Source of the DNA: Octopus vulgaris
Taxonomy: Eukaryota
NCBI GenBank assembly: GCA_951406725.2
Contig: OX597829.1
Coordinates: 48,174,001 to 48,238,000, forward strand
DNA length: 64,000 nt
Direction: 5' to 3'
Part shown: piece by piece, positions 1 to 13,908 of the stretch
Numbering within the stretch: position 1 is the first letter of the stretch
Layout: every line of letters starts with the position of its first letter
Notes under the pieces: model-generated
Told to the model about the DNA's origin: nothing
Seen by the model: only the letters and a program-made list of their open reading frames with translations
The model's database searches: none
Made by a program: the position numbers and the translations under genes

Positions 1-754
1 TATGTAAGTGAAGACTGGATCTGGTGGGTGCTGCAGAAGAAACCTTCATAGGTTCAACAGAGGGAAAGATGATTGTAGTAATGTATTGTGAAGTAGTATC
101 TGTCAGGCTCCCAGCTATGGGTTAATTCACATTTTAGGGCTTGCCTACCTATGCATATTCTATGGAAGAAATCTTCATGGTTCAACAGAATGAAAGATCA
201 TAATCATCTTCATAATTTAATGTCCTTTTCCATGCTAGCATGGGTTGGATGATTTATTGGAGAATGAATGAAGAAACAATATAGGGTAAAAAGGACTTTG
301 TTTTGTTTTTGCCAGGAACAAGGCAACAACTCTTGAGTGGTACCATAATAAAATGCACCCCTGTGCACTTTGTATAGTTGAAGAATTAAGTGGAGATAAA
401 ATGGAGTTGAAAGGAGTTTTTTATCTTGTTTTGTTGGGTGGGGGTCATCGCAACTTCTTTAGTGTTGGTGCTACAGAAGCCAAATAAAAACGAGGCAAAA
501 TATACTAGCAAGATGTGGATCTCCAATTCCTCCTAAGGGAGCAGTGTTTCTTAATAAGGACCTGTGTTTTCAGATGGGGATGATGTTTCCAGCCAATTCT
601 AGCATGAGAGAATGATGATAATGAGGAAGAGAAGGTGGAGAGAAGTGTTTTGCATCATTACACTTAATGTTCTGAATCTTTGGTAAGCTTATGCAATTAC
701 TGTAGCCCCTACAGCACACAGCAATGTGACATTTTCCCTTCAGTTTGTCCCAAG

Positions 755-1060
755 CTGGCAGAATCGTTGGCGAACCAGACCCCAATCTGATCTGGCAGAG
801 TTTCTATAGCTGGATGCCCTTCCTAACGCCAACCACTCCAAGAGTGTAGTGGGTGCTTTTACATGCCACCGGCACGAGGGCCAGTCAGGTGGTACTGGCA
901 ATGGCCATGCTCAAATGGTGCTTTTTATATGCCACCTGCACAGGAGCCAGTCCAGCAGCACTGGCAACGACCTCACTTGAATGTCTTTTCACGTGCCACC
1001 AGCACAAGTGCTAGAAAGGTGATGCAGGTAACAATCACACTTGTATGGTGTTTTTAACAT
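755..1060 (-). mobile_element. Family A repeat (probable RTE LINE 3' UTR), partial
   Basis: Core ctggatgcccttcctaacgccaaccac shared with ~20 copies in the window; internal ggtgcttt..gtgccac subrepeats. Confidence 0.8.
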
Positions 1061-1309
1061 GACATTGGCTTGGAGGCCAGCTTGTTGCTCTGGCCCCGAT
1101 CTCGCTCATATGGTTCTCTTGGCACTCCACTAAAGATGATTACAGCAATGCATTGTGAAGTTGTAGCAAGCAAGATGAGGCAAGTAAGAGATTTTGGTCA
1201 TCCACTGCATCCGTCTCCACCCCCAGCTGTCTTGATCTGGTCTTGCCATTGAATTGAAGATAGTCACAGATGAGAGAATGAGATTGATGGTGTGCAATTC
1301 CTCCTCACT

Positions 1310-1532
1310 TTAACCCTCTTGAGACACCCAGTCTGATTGATTAGCCCAAATGACACAAACTTTGAGGCTGATCCGTCAGCCCGATGAAACAAATGTTGTG
1401 AATTGGTTGGTTTTGAAGTGTAATATCTAATCAGAGATTGTTTTTCAGCTGATGAATCTCAATAGGAAAAAAAAAATTGGTGTTTTTGGCTACACAATAA
1501 AAAAACACTGTGCGTCTCCAAAAAAGTGTTAA
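1310..1532. mobile_element. piggyBac-like MITE, degenerate
   Basis: ttaa-ccctcttgagacac at left and gtgcgtctccaaaaaagtg-ttaa at right (imperfect TIR, TTAA at both ends). Confidence 0.4.
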
Positions 1533-1867
1533 ACAAAGTCACCACACAAGTCAACAGTCATCCTTAAGGATGAATCGGTTGGTCTTTGTCACTCTGAAAG
1601 ACAAACACTATCTTGGCACTGTCATGATTATGCAAATGAGTTGTGCCTGGCCCATTGAATAAACAACTTTCTGTTACTTCATTTCAGTGTCTTGTGAAGG
1701 ACCTATGTGTGAGTGCTGAAGAGCAGTAAACATAGTGAAACTAGGTATTGATGCAGGATTAAGTCCATTGCTGAAATCAGCAACAGTAGGATTTGAACTC
1801 AGAATGCCAAGTAAATACTGCAAAGCATCCTGTCCAAAGTTCTTGACTTTATCAATGCACCCATCAT

Positions 1868-2125
<258 letters not shown>

Positions 2126-4029
2126 TATGGAAGGAATGCTTTGTAACAGTGCTCACTGCATCCACCATTTTGCTGGTGATTCCCTTACGCATGTTGCAAC
2201 TCGTGCAACACCCTCCAGCCTAGTGGGGTCTATTTGGGTAGTCATTACCGGTGAGGGTTTTATAAGATCAGAGTACAAACCCTACCTCAACCACTTTTGG
2301 TTGCCTTTTTGCGAAATGCAGTGGAAGCGTTTAGTCTATTCTTTGACATGTTGGTCCCCACACAGCACTAGAGCAATGTAAAATGAAGTGTCTTGCTCAA
2401 GAACACAACATGCCACCTGGTCCAGGAATCGAACTCATGATCTGGTTGTAGTGGTTCAAGGTGTTTAAGAAGGTGTTGAGGTAAACAGATGTCATAGGCA
2501 TATGGATACCTTCGAAGTAAATAATTGAATGACATTGATTTATAGTTTAAATGATTTATTTACTGGACTTGCATTTGCTGTTGGCATACATGATTCTTCA
2601 CTACATGTATTTGTCATTAACTGCTACGAGTTGAGAGGAATAAAAACAGGGTTGTAACAAGGATGAAAGGTCTGTAACACTTGAGGGGTGCAGGTCTCAT
2701 CCCTTACATTAAATTATTGTCGAAGGAAAAGCCAAGATTTTGAATATCTTCAACAACATAGATATTTTAATTTTTCTGGATTCGCAATAATATATATATA
2801 TATATATATATATTTCCTTCAGGGCAAATCAGTAGCCATGGAGCTAGTCGCTGTGGTTAAATGGTATGAACCAAACCCTGTTTCGTTCCAGCGTAGTGTT
2901 GCTTCGCCATGTGGTGGCAGCTTGGTAGAGCTATGAAGGCGCGTCCATTCAATTTGGTGTCAGATTCGAGAGAGATTGATACATGGGAAGTTTTGCTGCT
3001 GGTAGTTCTCTGCACATGCACATGAGGGAACTTCCGGTGGCCTCCCGGAAGAAATCCACCTCTGTGCATGCGCGCTGAAGACTTCCAAAATGGTGTCACT
3101 ACAGGGTACATCTGTGGATGTGATGTGTTTGAACTGAATATGTTTTGTGTTTGTGTGTGCGTCGTTCATCTGAGAAAGTAGTAGGCTGTCTTGCGTGCCA
3201 ATCCTTTTCGTCCAGCCTTTCTCCGTCCTCTGTCTTTCTGACCCTCTCTCCACCTGTCCCTTTGCTGACCACAGTATTTACAACAGCCGTGGCAGCTAGA
3301 AGGACAGACATACTGCAGGAGAGATTGTGTCTAAACAGGTCAGCTCCTGTCCATTTGAACTTCGCCTGACATGGCTGAGGTGATAGGTCAATGGGAGATG
3401 ATTTATCATTTTTTGACAGGACAAAGAAAATTTCTTTTGCGCCTGTTGCTTCGCAGTGATTCAGACAAGCGAGAATCCTTAGCTTTGGTTTCGAATCTAA
3501 GCTTGGAGGAAAGAAGTGTTAGTTTTCACATGGTGATGGTGAGTGCAGCACCCTAACCACAGGGCCACATACCTTCATGAAGTGATACTTTATCAACTTT
3601 GGAATGATAAAAGACAATGGCATCCTTTGCAGGATTTGAACTTAGAAGCTCAAATGAATACTGCGAAGCATTTCATCCACTGCTCTAATAATGACTCAAC
3701 AAATTTGTCATCTAATCATAGAATTAGTAAAAATAGGACACATTGGATAGTGTAGTCCTAGATATACAGTTTGCTTAAAAAAAGAAAAGAAAAAAGGTCT
3801 TGGCTTGAAAACTTGATTGGTCGTATATATTTTTGCTTTTAATTGTTTCAGTCTTTGGACTGCAGGCATGCTGGGGCACCATCCTGAAGGGTTTAGACGA
3901 ACAGTTTGACCCTAGCACATTTTTCTAAGCATTGTCTCTCATTGCTGTCATGTGGTTGCCTTGTTTCTTTTCTCTAAGTATTTTAATGGACATTGTTCAG
4001 CTGAGCCTTCTCTGGTTCCTCCTTTAAGA

Positions 4030-4230
4030 ACTTATCAGTGATCAACTAGACTTGCATCCACTTCTCATCAGAGAAACATCCTAGGCATCATAAAGCCCTT
4101 TACAGTACCAGTTTCTTCTCTCGCACCTCTGAACTTTGGAATTCCCTTCCACAGTCTGGTTTTTCCTCTTCAATATGGCCTCCAGTCTTTTAAGTCTAAT
4201 GTACATCGTCACCTTTTGACTTCTGTCTAG
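4030..4230 (+). mobile_element. CR1/L2/Jockey-group LINE ORF2 C-terminal fragment
   Basis: Translates to LYSTSFFSRTSELWNSLP..LQSFKSNVHRHL, the typical FFxRTxxxWNxLP motif. Confidence 0.7.
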
Positions 4231-4582
4231 TGTCTATTTTATTCTAGTAGCTCTTACATTTTCAGTATGCTTTAAAAAAAAAAAGCATGGCACTTGTTCT
4301 GTCAGTCTCCTTTGCCAAAATGCTATGTTACAAGGACATAAACACACCAACACTGTTTGCCAGGCAGTGTTGGAGGACAACACAGACACAAAGAAACACA
4401 CACACACAGATATGTATATATGAACCCAGGTAAAAAAAGTCACAGGGGTTTTGTCGGGTGGTTTTGGGTGGGGGTTCCAAGAGGGTTTTGTCCGGGGAGT
4501 GCTTGTCTGGATCCCATAAATTAATTGTGACCTTTTTCTTGTGACTTTATTACCAGTCACCGTATATATATATATATATATA

Positions 4583-4940
4583 TCATCATCATCATTATCA
4601 TCGTTTAAACGTCTGTTTTCCATGCTGGCATGGGTTGGATGGTTCAACCAGGGTCTGAGAAGCCAAGAGGCTGCTCCAGGGTCCAGTCTGATCTGGCAGT
4701 GTTTCTACAGCTGGATGCCTTTCCTAATGCCAACCACTCTGTGAGTGTAGTGGGTGCCTTTTACATGCCACTGGTACAGGGGCCAGAGGAGGCTGGCAAA
4801 CGGCCATGATTGGTTGGTGCTTTTCATGTATCACCGACACGGAAGCCTGTCAGGTGGCGCTGGCATCAGCCACGTTTGGATGGGGCTTTTTTACGTGCCA
4901 CTGTATCATAACTACAATTTCCATTTGATTTTTATTTTGA
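4583..4940 (-). mobile_element. Family A repeat
   Basis: (CAT)n tail then gtttaaacgtc..catgctggcatgggttgga and the conserved core. Confidence 0.85.
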
Positions 4941-5364
4941 TGGACTTCTTCCAGTTTCCATTTAACAAGTCCACTCAGAAGACATTGGTCAGCCTGGTGC
5001 TATCATAGAAGGTACTTGCCAAAGGTGTGGTACAGAGAGACTGAATCTAAGACCATGTGGTTGCAAACCACACAGCCACGCCTACACCTGTGGAATCTGA
5101 AGAATCTATTGATGGCCCGTGTAAGGTAAAAATTAGTTCAGAGGGAAAAAGTTCTTAGAAATATTTGAAACATGAAATTCTTCACTTCCCATGGTAAGTG
5201 AACTTACTGAAAATCTTCCAGGAACTCTCTCCCATGATTATAATTTTTTTAGATCAAATCTTGAGCTATGTTTAAATAACTAGAATCATACGAAACTAAA
5301 CTTTGGTTCTTTCCCATTTCCTTATCAAAATTACGGAAGAAAAAATAGTTCTTTTCATATTATT

Positions 5365-5975
5365 CTTTTATTCTTTTACATGTTTCAGCCATTTGACTGT
5401 GGCCATGCTGGAGCACTGCCTTAAAGGGTTTTAGTTGAATAAATCATCCTCAGGAATTATTCTTTGTCAGCCTATTATTACTTATTCTATCAGTCTCTTT
5501 TGCCGAACTTTTAAGTTACAGGAACTTAAACACACCAATATTGATTGTTAAGTGATGCTGGGGGTGGGGGTGGGGGCATACATAAATATATATATATATA
5601 TATAGTCAATAAAAAAACACACAGAGAGAAAGAAAAACATAAACAAATGCTTGGACATGGCATAAGTAATGTATTAATAAGGTGCTCAGAGAGAGAAAAG
5701 AGTAGTTTTATGTTTCGAGCATAACTCTTCTTCAGAAACAAGAAGAAACAGGAAAGGTTCAAGACGAAGGGGGAAAGGAAAAAAATAATCGCCAACAATC
5801 ATATGTAGTTACAACGGGCTTCTTTCAGTTTCCATCTACCAAATCCACTCACAAGGCTTTGGTCAGCTTGAGGCTATAGTAGAAGACACTTGCTCAAGGT
5901 GCCACACAGTGGAACTGAACCTGGAACCATGTGGTTGGGAAGCTAGTTTCTTACTGCACAGCCATGCCTTCACCT
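5365..5975 (-). mobile_element. SINE family B with ~200-bp insertion (~5605-5812)
   Basis: Matches 12831-13250 on both sides of an insertion in its internal microsatellite. Confidence 0.8.
5705..5739 (-). ncRNA. Minimal type I hammerhead ribozyme motif, partly decayed
   Basis: Minus strand gttt-CTGAAGA-a-gagt-tat-gctc-GAAAC-ATA-aaac; helix I gttt/aaac; helix III ACAT, probably CpG-decayed ACGT. Confidence 0.6.
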
Positions 5976-6609
5976 AGATTAATCTTCAAAAAATTTAATT
6001 CAGTTTCTAAATGAACCTTATTTACCATTTACCAAAATCATAAACAGATGTGGAAAATGAACCCCATCTCAGTACCAGCCTACTCAATGACAAGTTGAAA
6101 TGTCTAGGAAACCTCCTTAAACCCTCTATGGAGTATTCAAAAGCAGATAAGAGTTTCAATGTAAATTCCTGGCACCAGAAGTTGCAAACACTGCTATAGA
6201 ATATAATTTACAAAAAAACAAATGGACAGTAACATAAAATGAGGTTAAAAGAAAAAAAAACCTTATAACAAAAATAACATGCATAAACTCAATTTTCATT
6301 ACACATCGTATAAAAGAATACTAGTTCCTCCCTCTAAGTTTCATTTCTCATGATTAAAACAAAGAAGAATTTTAAATTTAGAAACAAAATAGGTTATCAT
6401 AACCTATTTCATTGCAAAAATGTGCAACAGGTAAATTAGGTAAAGGGACATTACTCCTGTTCTTTGCAGTTACTATTAGATCTGAGAGATCGATGGCTTT
6501 AATGTATTTCTAGAATTTGTTATTTCTTTAAGCTCCTGAGAAAAAACAAAAAAACTAAGAATATTAGTATATCCCCAAGTACTGAACAAATCACGCTATT
6601 TTTTTTTAT

Positions 6610-7015
6610 TTTTTAACTTGTTTCAGTCATTAGACCGCGGCCATGCTGGGGCACCGTCTTGAAAATATTTTAGTTGGATGAATCGACTCCAGGACTTTAT
6701 TATTATTATTATTATTATTATTTTAATTCTGGTAATTATTCTATTGGTCTGTGTTTTTCTGAACCGTTAAGTTACGAGGACGTTAACACACAAACACCGG
6801 TTGTCAAGCGGTGGTGGTGGTGGGAGAACAGCGGCACACACACGGACACACACACAAATGATGGGTGTCTTTCAGTTTTTGTCTGTCAAAGCCACACACA
6901 AGGCTTTGGTTGACCCAAGGTTGTAGTAGAAAGTACTTGCCTAAGATGCTACACAATGGGATTGAACCTGAAACCACGCAGTTGGAAAGCAAGCTTCTTA
7001 CCACTTAGCATGCCT
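6610..7015 (-). mobile_element. SINE family B, diverged
   Basis: Similar to other B copies over its length. Confidence 0.75.
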
Positions 7016-7164
7016 TTTTTTTTCTTCTTGTTACTGAGCCCTAATACTCATAGGGTTGTTTACCTGATTTCCGTGACATGTAAGCGAATGTAATCTTCAA
7101 GACATCTTGAACCTTGTAACAGGCCAACATCCCTTTGAATGGCCCTCAGGTTTATTGCCGGGTT

Positions 7165-7830
7165 CATCATCATCACCATAGTTTAACGTCCTTTTTCCAT
7201 GCTGGCATGGGTTGGACGGTTAGACTGGGAACTGGCAAGCCAAAAAGCTACACCAGGCTGCAATCTGATCTGGCAATGTTTCTACAGCTGGATGCCCTTC
7301 CTAATGCCAACCACTCTGAGACTAGTGGATGCTTTCACATGTCACTGGCACGCCGGGTGAAATGCTTTGCGGTATTTCGTCTGCCGTTACGTTGTGAGTT
7401 CAAATTCCGCCGAGGTCGACTTTACCCTTCATCCTTTTGGGGTCGATAAATTAAGTACCAGTTACGCACTGGGGTTGATGTAATCGACTTAATACCTATG
7501 TCTGTCGTTGTTTGTCCCCTCTCTGTTTAGCCCCTTGTGGGTAATAAAGAAATAGGTATTAAGTCTGCCGCTATGTTCTGAGTTCAAATTCCGCCGAGGT
7601 CAACTTTGCCTTTCATCCTTTCGGGGGTCGATTAAATAAGTACCAGTTACAACACTGGGGTCGATATAATCGACTTAATCCGTTTGTCTGTCCTTGTTTG
7701 TCCTCTCTGAGTTTAGCCCCTTATGGGTAGTAAAGAAATAGGTATCGGCCATGTTCGGATGGTGCTTTTTATGTGCTACCAGCACAGGAGTCAGTCAGGG
7801 TGGGGGGTGAGGCTGGCATCAACGACATTC
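7165..7830. mobile_element. Family A repeat (minus) interrupted by two tandem SINE C units (~7345-7745, plus)
   Basis: A sequence stops at ~7350 and resumes at ~7745; two gagttcaaattccgccgaggtc..taaagaaatag units lie between. Confidence 0.8.
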
Positions 7831-8139
7831 GGATAGTTTATATGCTAAAGGATTAAGGGTTAGCCCTTTTATTCCTTTTGAATGTTGAGCCTCATGGATG
7901 TAAGGTGGCTGAGTTCCTTTCGAGCATTATATAATTAGGAGTAGGTATATATCTCCTCTGTAGCAAGACAATTATACTTATACCTCTATCATATTTTCCA
8001 CCCACTTTCATGTACCACCCCCGCATAGAATAAGGAGCTTTTTCCTTTTCCTTTTCCTTATTCTGTTTTTTTTTTCCGTCCTGCCAAGTTACGTGGCAAC
8101 CCCATGAATTAACATGAAAAAAGCAAAAAAAAAGCACCC

Positions 8140-8520
8140 AGTGTACACTGTAATGTTTTTGGCATTAGAATGCCCTTCCTGGATTGGCCATGGTTTCTAC
8201 GCCTTAGAAACCATTCCAAAGCTGACACAGGATCTTGGTATAGCCCTGAAGCTTGTTGGATCCTGTCACACCAACTAACCCATTGCAACATGAAAAACAG
8301 ACATCATCATCATCAACAACAGCAGCAGCAGCAAGGTTTAATGTTTGTTCTACATGCTGGCATTGGTTGGATGGTTTGACATGAACTGGCCAGCCTAGGA
8401 GCTGTCCAGATTCAATTTATCCATTTTGGTATGGTTTCTATGGCTAGATGCCCTTCCTAATGCCAACCAATTTTACAGGGTGTACTGAGTGCTTTATACA
8501 CGTCACCTGAATGGGTGTGG
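8140..8520. mobile_element. Two degenerate family A copies, tail to tail
   Basis: Plus copy ends near the CAT/CAG tract at ~8305, where the minus copy begins. Confidence 0.55.
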
Positions 8521-8619
8521 CTATGCAGTGCAGCATGAGTGCATTTTTTGCAGTTCCAGCAGAACTGTATTCCGTGTGGCACTGGTATGAGTGCATTTTA
8601 GTGACGATGAATTCCAAAT

Positions 8620-9330
8620 GAACAAATTGACCCTTGTACTTACTTTTAAGCGTGTCAGGCTCTTTTGCTGAACTGTTAAGTTATGGGGAAGCAAAACCAA
8701 CACATGTCAGGGGTGTTGAAAAAAAACATGGAAACAAAGATACACACATGCACATGTACATGCGCACATACACACACATAACCATGCACATACACAAAAC
8801 ATACATACACACATACACGAACACACAAGCACATACACACATACACGCTCTCTCGCACACGAACACACACACCTACACAACACACTCACACATACACACA
8901 CACACAAATATACACATACACAAACACATACACAAACACACACACAAATATACCCATACACAAACACACACACAAACACATACAGACACAATCACACACA
9001 CATATACACACACACATACATGAACACACAAACACACACACGCACACACACGTGCACACACACACACGTGCACACACACACACGTGCACACACACACACA
9101 CGTGCACACACACGTGCACACACACACACACACACAAAACACATACATACACATAAGATGGGTTTCTTCCAGTCTCTGGCTAGCAAATTCACTCACAAGG
9201 CAGAAGTCAATTGGTCAGCCCAAGGCTTAAGTTGAAAACATTTGCCCAAGGTGCCATACTGTGGGACCAAACGTGAAATCACATGGTTGAAGCACACACA
9301 CACACACACACACACAGACATGCCTGTGCC
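8620..9330 (-). mobile_element. SINE family B with internal CA-rich tract expanded to ~400 bp
   Basis: B halves flank the CA tract at 8745-9150. Confidence 0.65.
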
Positions 9331-9914
9331 TATTTTTCAAAATACTACTCTGAATTAAGCTTTTAAAACCCATGCACTTGATGCAACCCATACCAAATTA
9401 CTCATATTTAAATTTAAATCATTATAAAAAAATCTGATATCAGAAATGGTATCATAATATTTTATTCAGCTGATGCCTGTGTAATCTACACCAATGTATC
9501 AAGTTACAGATATTTTATTAAATTTATCAAACCCCTTCAAAATCTTGATTAGCATAGTAAGAAATAAAAAAAACAAACAAACAACAGCCCCTTGGGCTTT
9601 CTTTTCGTTAGATATGTAATCACTAAAAGCACTGAAGTTTCTTTAATTAAGCTTTAAACAAAATAAAATAAGGACGAAGCTTTTTTACTCAGACGTAGAA
9701 CATCTGGTCTGTGATATCAATGAAAATCTAAAGTCTTGAGTTCTTAGTTTTATCTACCAAACCAAAGAACCAAAAACCAGCAGATGTCTGAAGAAATACT
9801 CTCTCAGACTAAATACATGGTCGTAATCGTTTTAATGTCCACTTTTCCATGTTTCTCTAGGTTACAATGGAACTCATTGAGATAGGTTTTCTAATGTTGG
9901 ATGCTCTTCTGGTT

Positions 9915-10160
9915 GGCATCATCATCATCATCGTTTAACATCCGTTCTCCATGCTAGCATGGGTTGGACGGTTCGACCGGGGATCTGGGAAGCCAGGAGG
10001 CTGCATCAGGCTCCAGTCTGATTTGGCAGTGTTTCTACAGCTGGATGCCTTTCCTAACGCCAACCACTCCGTGAGTGTAGTGGGTGCTTTTTACGTGCCA
10101 CCTGCACAGGTGCCAGGCGAGGCTGGCAACGGCCACGGTCGGATTGGTGTATTTTATGGG
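9915..10160 (-). mobile_element. Family A repeat
   Basis: (CAT)n tail plus conserved core. Confidence 0.85.
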
Positions 10161-10288
10161 CACTGAAACAATACGAAAGCACAAAATAAATAATTATTCA
10201 AAATTCTGATTACCTCTTTTTTCCTCTGTCTGTATGTCTATTTGTCTCTCTCACTCTCTCTCCGTCCGTCCGTCTTTCCATCCATCCG

Positions 10289-10470
<182 letters not shown>

Positions 10471-10775
10471 CCTATTGATCATTTTTTTCATTTTTCTTTT
10501 CTTTTTTTTACGATTCCTTTTGATCGAAAACCTACCCCTATCTTTTTTTTTTTTCACCCCAAATAGAAAAGCTCTACTTTGTAATTTGTCACCTCTGTGT
10601 TCAGCCCTGTGTGGTTAATAAAGAAACATATCTATCTATCAATTTATTCTTTTACTCGCTTCAGTCATTTGACAACGGCCATGCTGGAGCACCACCTTTA
10701 GTCAAGCAAATCAACCCCAGGACTTATTCTTTGTAAGCCTAGTACTTATTCTATCATTCCCATTTGCTGTGTGAG

Positions 10776-10823
10776 GGACTCTGAAGAACATTAATATAAG
10801 TGTGAAATCACAATGATCTGGTT
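10776..10823 (+). ncRNA. Hammerhead-like motif with weak helix I
   Basis: CTGAAGA-acatt-aatata-agtgt-GAAA-tca-caa-tga-TC: core and helices II and III intact, AUC triplet; helix I (ggact/tggtt) pairs poorly. Confidence 0.4.
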
Positions 10824-11009
10824 ATTCTTAAGTGCTGAGGGAACTTACCTCCCTTGTCAATCGTTAAGATAAGGTACTTCTTTTGGCTATAAGTCGTTTT
10901 AACACTTATTTCTAGCAATACTGGTGCTCATTAGTGCCCTCAGTCATTCTAGTGACTTATATATTTCTGCCTTTCAGCTGCAAATTTGCAAACAGGAAAC
11001 CCTTATTAT

Positions 11010-11517
<508 letters not shown>

Positions 11518-11707
11518 TAATCCCCTTACTTTCTTCATAGTTCTCATCTTTCACATTCTTCTCTCCACTCCTTTCATTATTTTAAAAAAAAAGTTTCTTA
11601 GTGAATGCTAAACAGCCAGAAAGGAAAATATTTAAGACATAACATAGTTTACATTTTGAAAAATATGTTGATTTTTCAGTCTTTATATGTGTCTGTGTGT
11701 GTGCACA

Positions 11708-11739
<32 letters not shown>

Positions 11740-11740
<1 letters not shown>

Positions 11741-12032
11741 GGAGGCGCAATGGCCCAGTGGTTAGGGCAGCAGACTCGCGGTTTTGATTCCCAGACCCGG
11801 CGTTGTGAGTGTTTATTGAGCGAAAACACCTAAAGCTCCATGAGGCTCCGGCAGGGGGGTGGGTGGCGATCCCTGCTGTACTCTTTCGCCACAACTTTCT
11901 CTCACTCTTTCTTCTGTTGGCCTGCTTGCTTAGCCAGCGAGGTGGCATCATTTGAAAGCTAAAACTATGCCAAGCGCATTGTGACCAGCGATGTGTAGCA
12001 ACATCTGATAGCCTGCTCGGTCACAGTGATTG

Positions 12033-12035
<3 letters not shown>
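11740..12035 (+). mobile_element. SINE family D (tRNA-derived head) in (TA)n
   Basis: A-box tggcccagtgg and B-box-like ggttttgattccc; matches 43291-43592. Confidence 0.85.
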
Positions 12036-12074
<39 letters not shown>

Positions 12075-12076
<2 letters not shown>

Positions 12077-12300
12077 TCATCATCATTGATGTCTGCTCTC
12101 CATGCTGGCATGGGTCAGACGTTTTGACAGGAGCTGATGAGCTGGAGAACTGCACCAGGATCCTGTCTGATTTGGCATGGTTTTCTACAGCTTGATGCCC
12201 TTCCTAACACCAACCACCTCATAGTGTGTAGTGGTGCTTTTATGTGCCACCAGCATTGGTGCCATTTACATGGCGCCAGCATCGACTACGACGATTCACA
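12075..12300 (-). mobile_element. Family A repeat, diverged
   Basis: Conserved core and CAT tail. Confidence 0.7.
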
Positions 12301-12304
12301 GATG

Positions 12305-12508
12305 CCATATGACTGTGGCCATGCTGGAACATTGCCTTTAGTCAAAGAAATAGGCCCCAGGACTTATTCTTTGTAAGCCTAGTACTTATTCTCTCAGTCG
12401 TTTTGCTGAACTGCTAAGTTACAGGGATGTAAACACACCAACACCAGTTGTCAAGTGATGGTGGTGGGATTAACAGACACAACACACAAGTATACACACA
12501 CACGCATG

Positions 12509-12539
<31 letters not shown>

Positions 12540-12730
12540 GCGCACAGACACACATACATATATACCACAGACTTCTTTCAGTTTCTGTCTGCCAAATCCA
12601 TTCACAAGGGTTTGGTCGGCTCAAGGCTATAGTAGAAGACACTCGCCCAAGGTGCCACACAGTGGGACTGATCCCAGATCCTTGTGGTTGGGAAGCCAGC
12701 TTCTTACCATGCAGCCATGCTTACACCTAT
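12305..12730 (-). mobile_element. SINE family B
   Basis: Reverse complement of 12831-13250, diverged. Confidence 0.8.
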
Positions 12731-12752
12731 ACACACACACACACACACACAC

Positions 12753-12828
<76 letters not shown>

Positions 12829-12830
12829 CT

Positions 12831-13250
12831 AGGCGCAGGAGTGGCTGTGTGGTAAGTAGCTTGCTAACCAACCACATGGTTCCGGGTTCAGTCCCACTGC
12901 GTGGCATCTTGGGCAAGTGTCTTCTGCTATAGCCCCGGGCCAACCAATGCCTTGTGAGTGGATTTGGTAGACGGAAACTGAAAGAAGCCTGTCGTATATA
13001 TGTATATATATGTATATGTATGTGCGTGTATGTTTGTGTGTCTGTGTTTGTCCCCCTAGCATTGCTTGACAACCGATGCTGGTGTGTTTACGTCCCCGTC
13101 ACTTAGCGGTTCGGCGAAAGAGATCGATAGAATAAGTACTGGGCTTACAAAAGAATAAGTCCCGGGGTCGAATTGCTCGACTAAAGGCGGTGCTCCAGCA
13201 TGGCCGCAGTCAAATGACTGAAACATGTAAAAGTGTAAAAGAGTAACAAA
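12831..13250 (+). mobile_element. SINE family B, full length (tRNA-like head, CORE-like ttgggcaagt, internal microsatellite, TAAAAGAG-type tail)
   Basis: A-box tggctgtgtgg, B-box ggttcagtccc; more than 10 similar copies in the window. Confidence 0.9.
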
Positions 13251-13507
13251 AGAGATGGAGAGAAAATGGAATTTGTGAGATTCTCTATTAATCACAACAA
13301 TTGTTTCACTCCATCTTGCATTTGTCCCTCATGGGTGAGATTCTGGGCAGCTGGTTATAGTAGATCCTTTGGCGCAGATGTGTCTAGTCAGGTGACTTTT
13401 CAAAAGGTACCTCACTCAATAAAATAAACTCAGTTTTGTTTGGTTCGATTATAAGGTATTTGATTATTTACCTGTAGCTCGTTACATACAGAATTTTATA
13501 TATATAC

Positions 13508-13908
13508 TCTTTTACTTGTTTCAGTCATTTGACTGCGGACATGCTGGAGCACCGCCTTTAATCGAGCAACTCGACCCCGGGACTTATTCTTTTGTAAGCC
13601 CAGTACTTATTCTATCGGTCTCTTTTGCCAAACCGCTAAGTTACGGGGGACATAAACACACCAGCATCGGTTGTCAAACAATGCTAGGGGGACAAACACA
13701 GACACACAAACATACTCGCACATACATATATATATACATATATACGACAGGCTTCTTTCAGTTTCCGTCAACCAAATCCACTCACAAGGATTTGGTCGGC
13801 CCGAGGCTATAGCAGAAGACACTTGCCCAAGATGCCACGCAGTGGGACTGAACCCGGAATCATGTGGTTGGTAAACAAGCTACTTACCACACAGCCACTC
13901 CTGCGCCT
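13508..13908 (-). mobile_element. SINE family B, full length
   Basis: Close reverse complement of 12831-13250. Confidence 0.9.
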
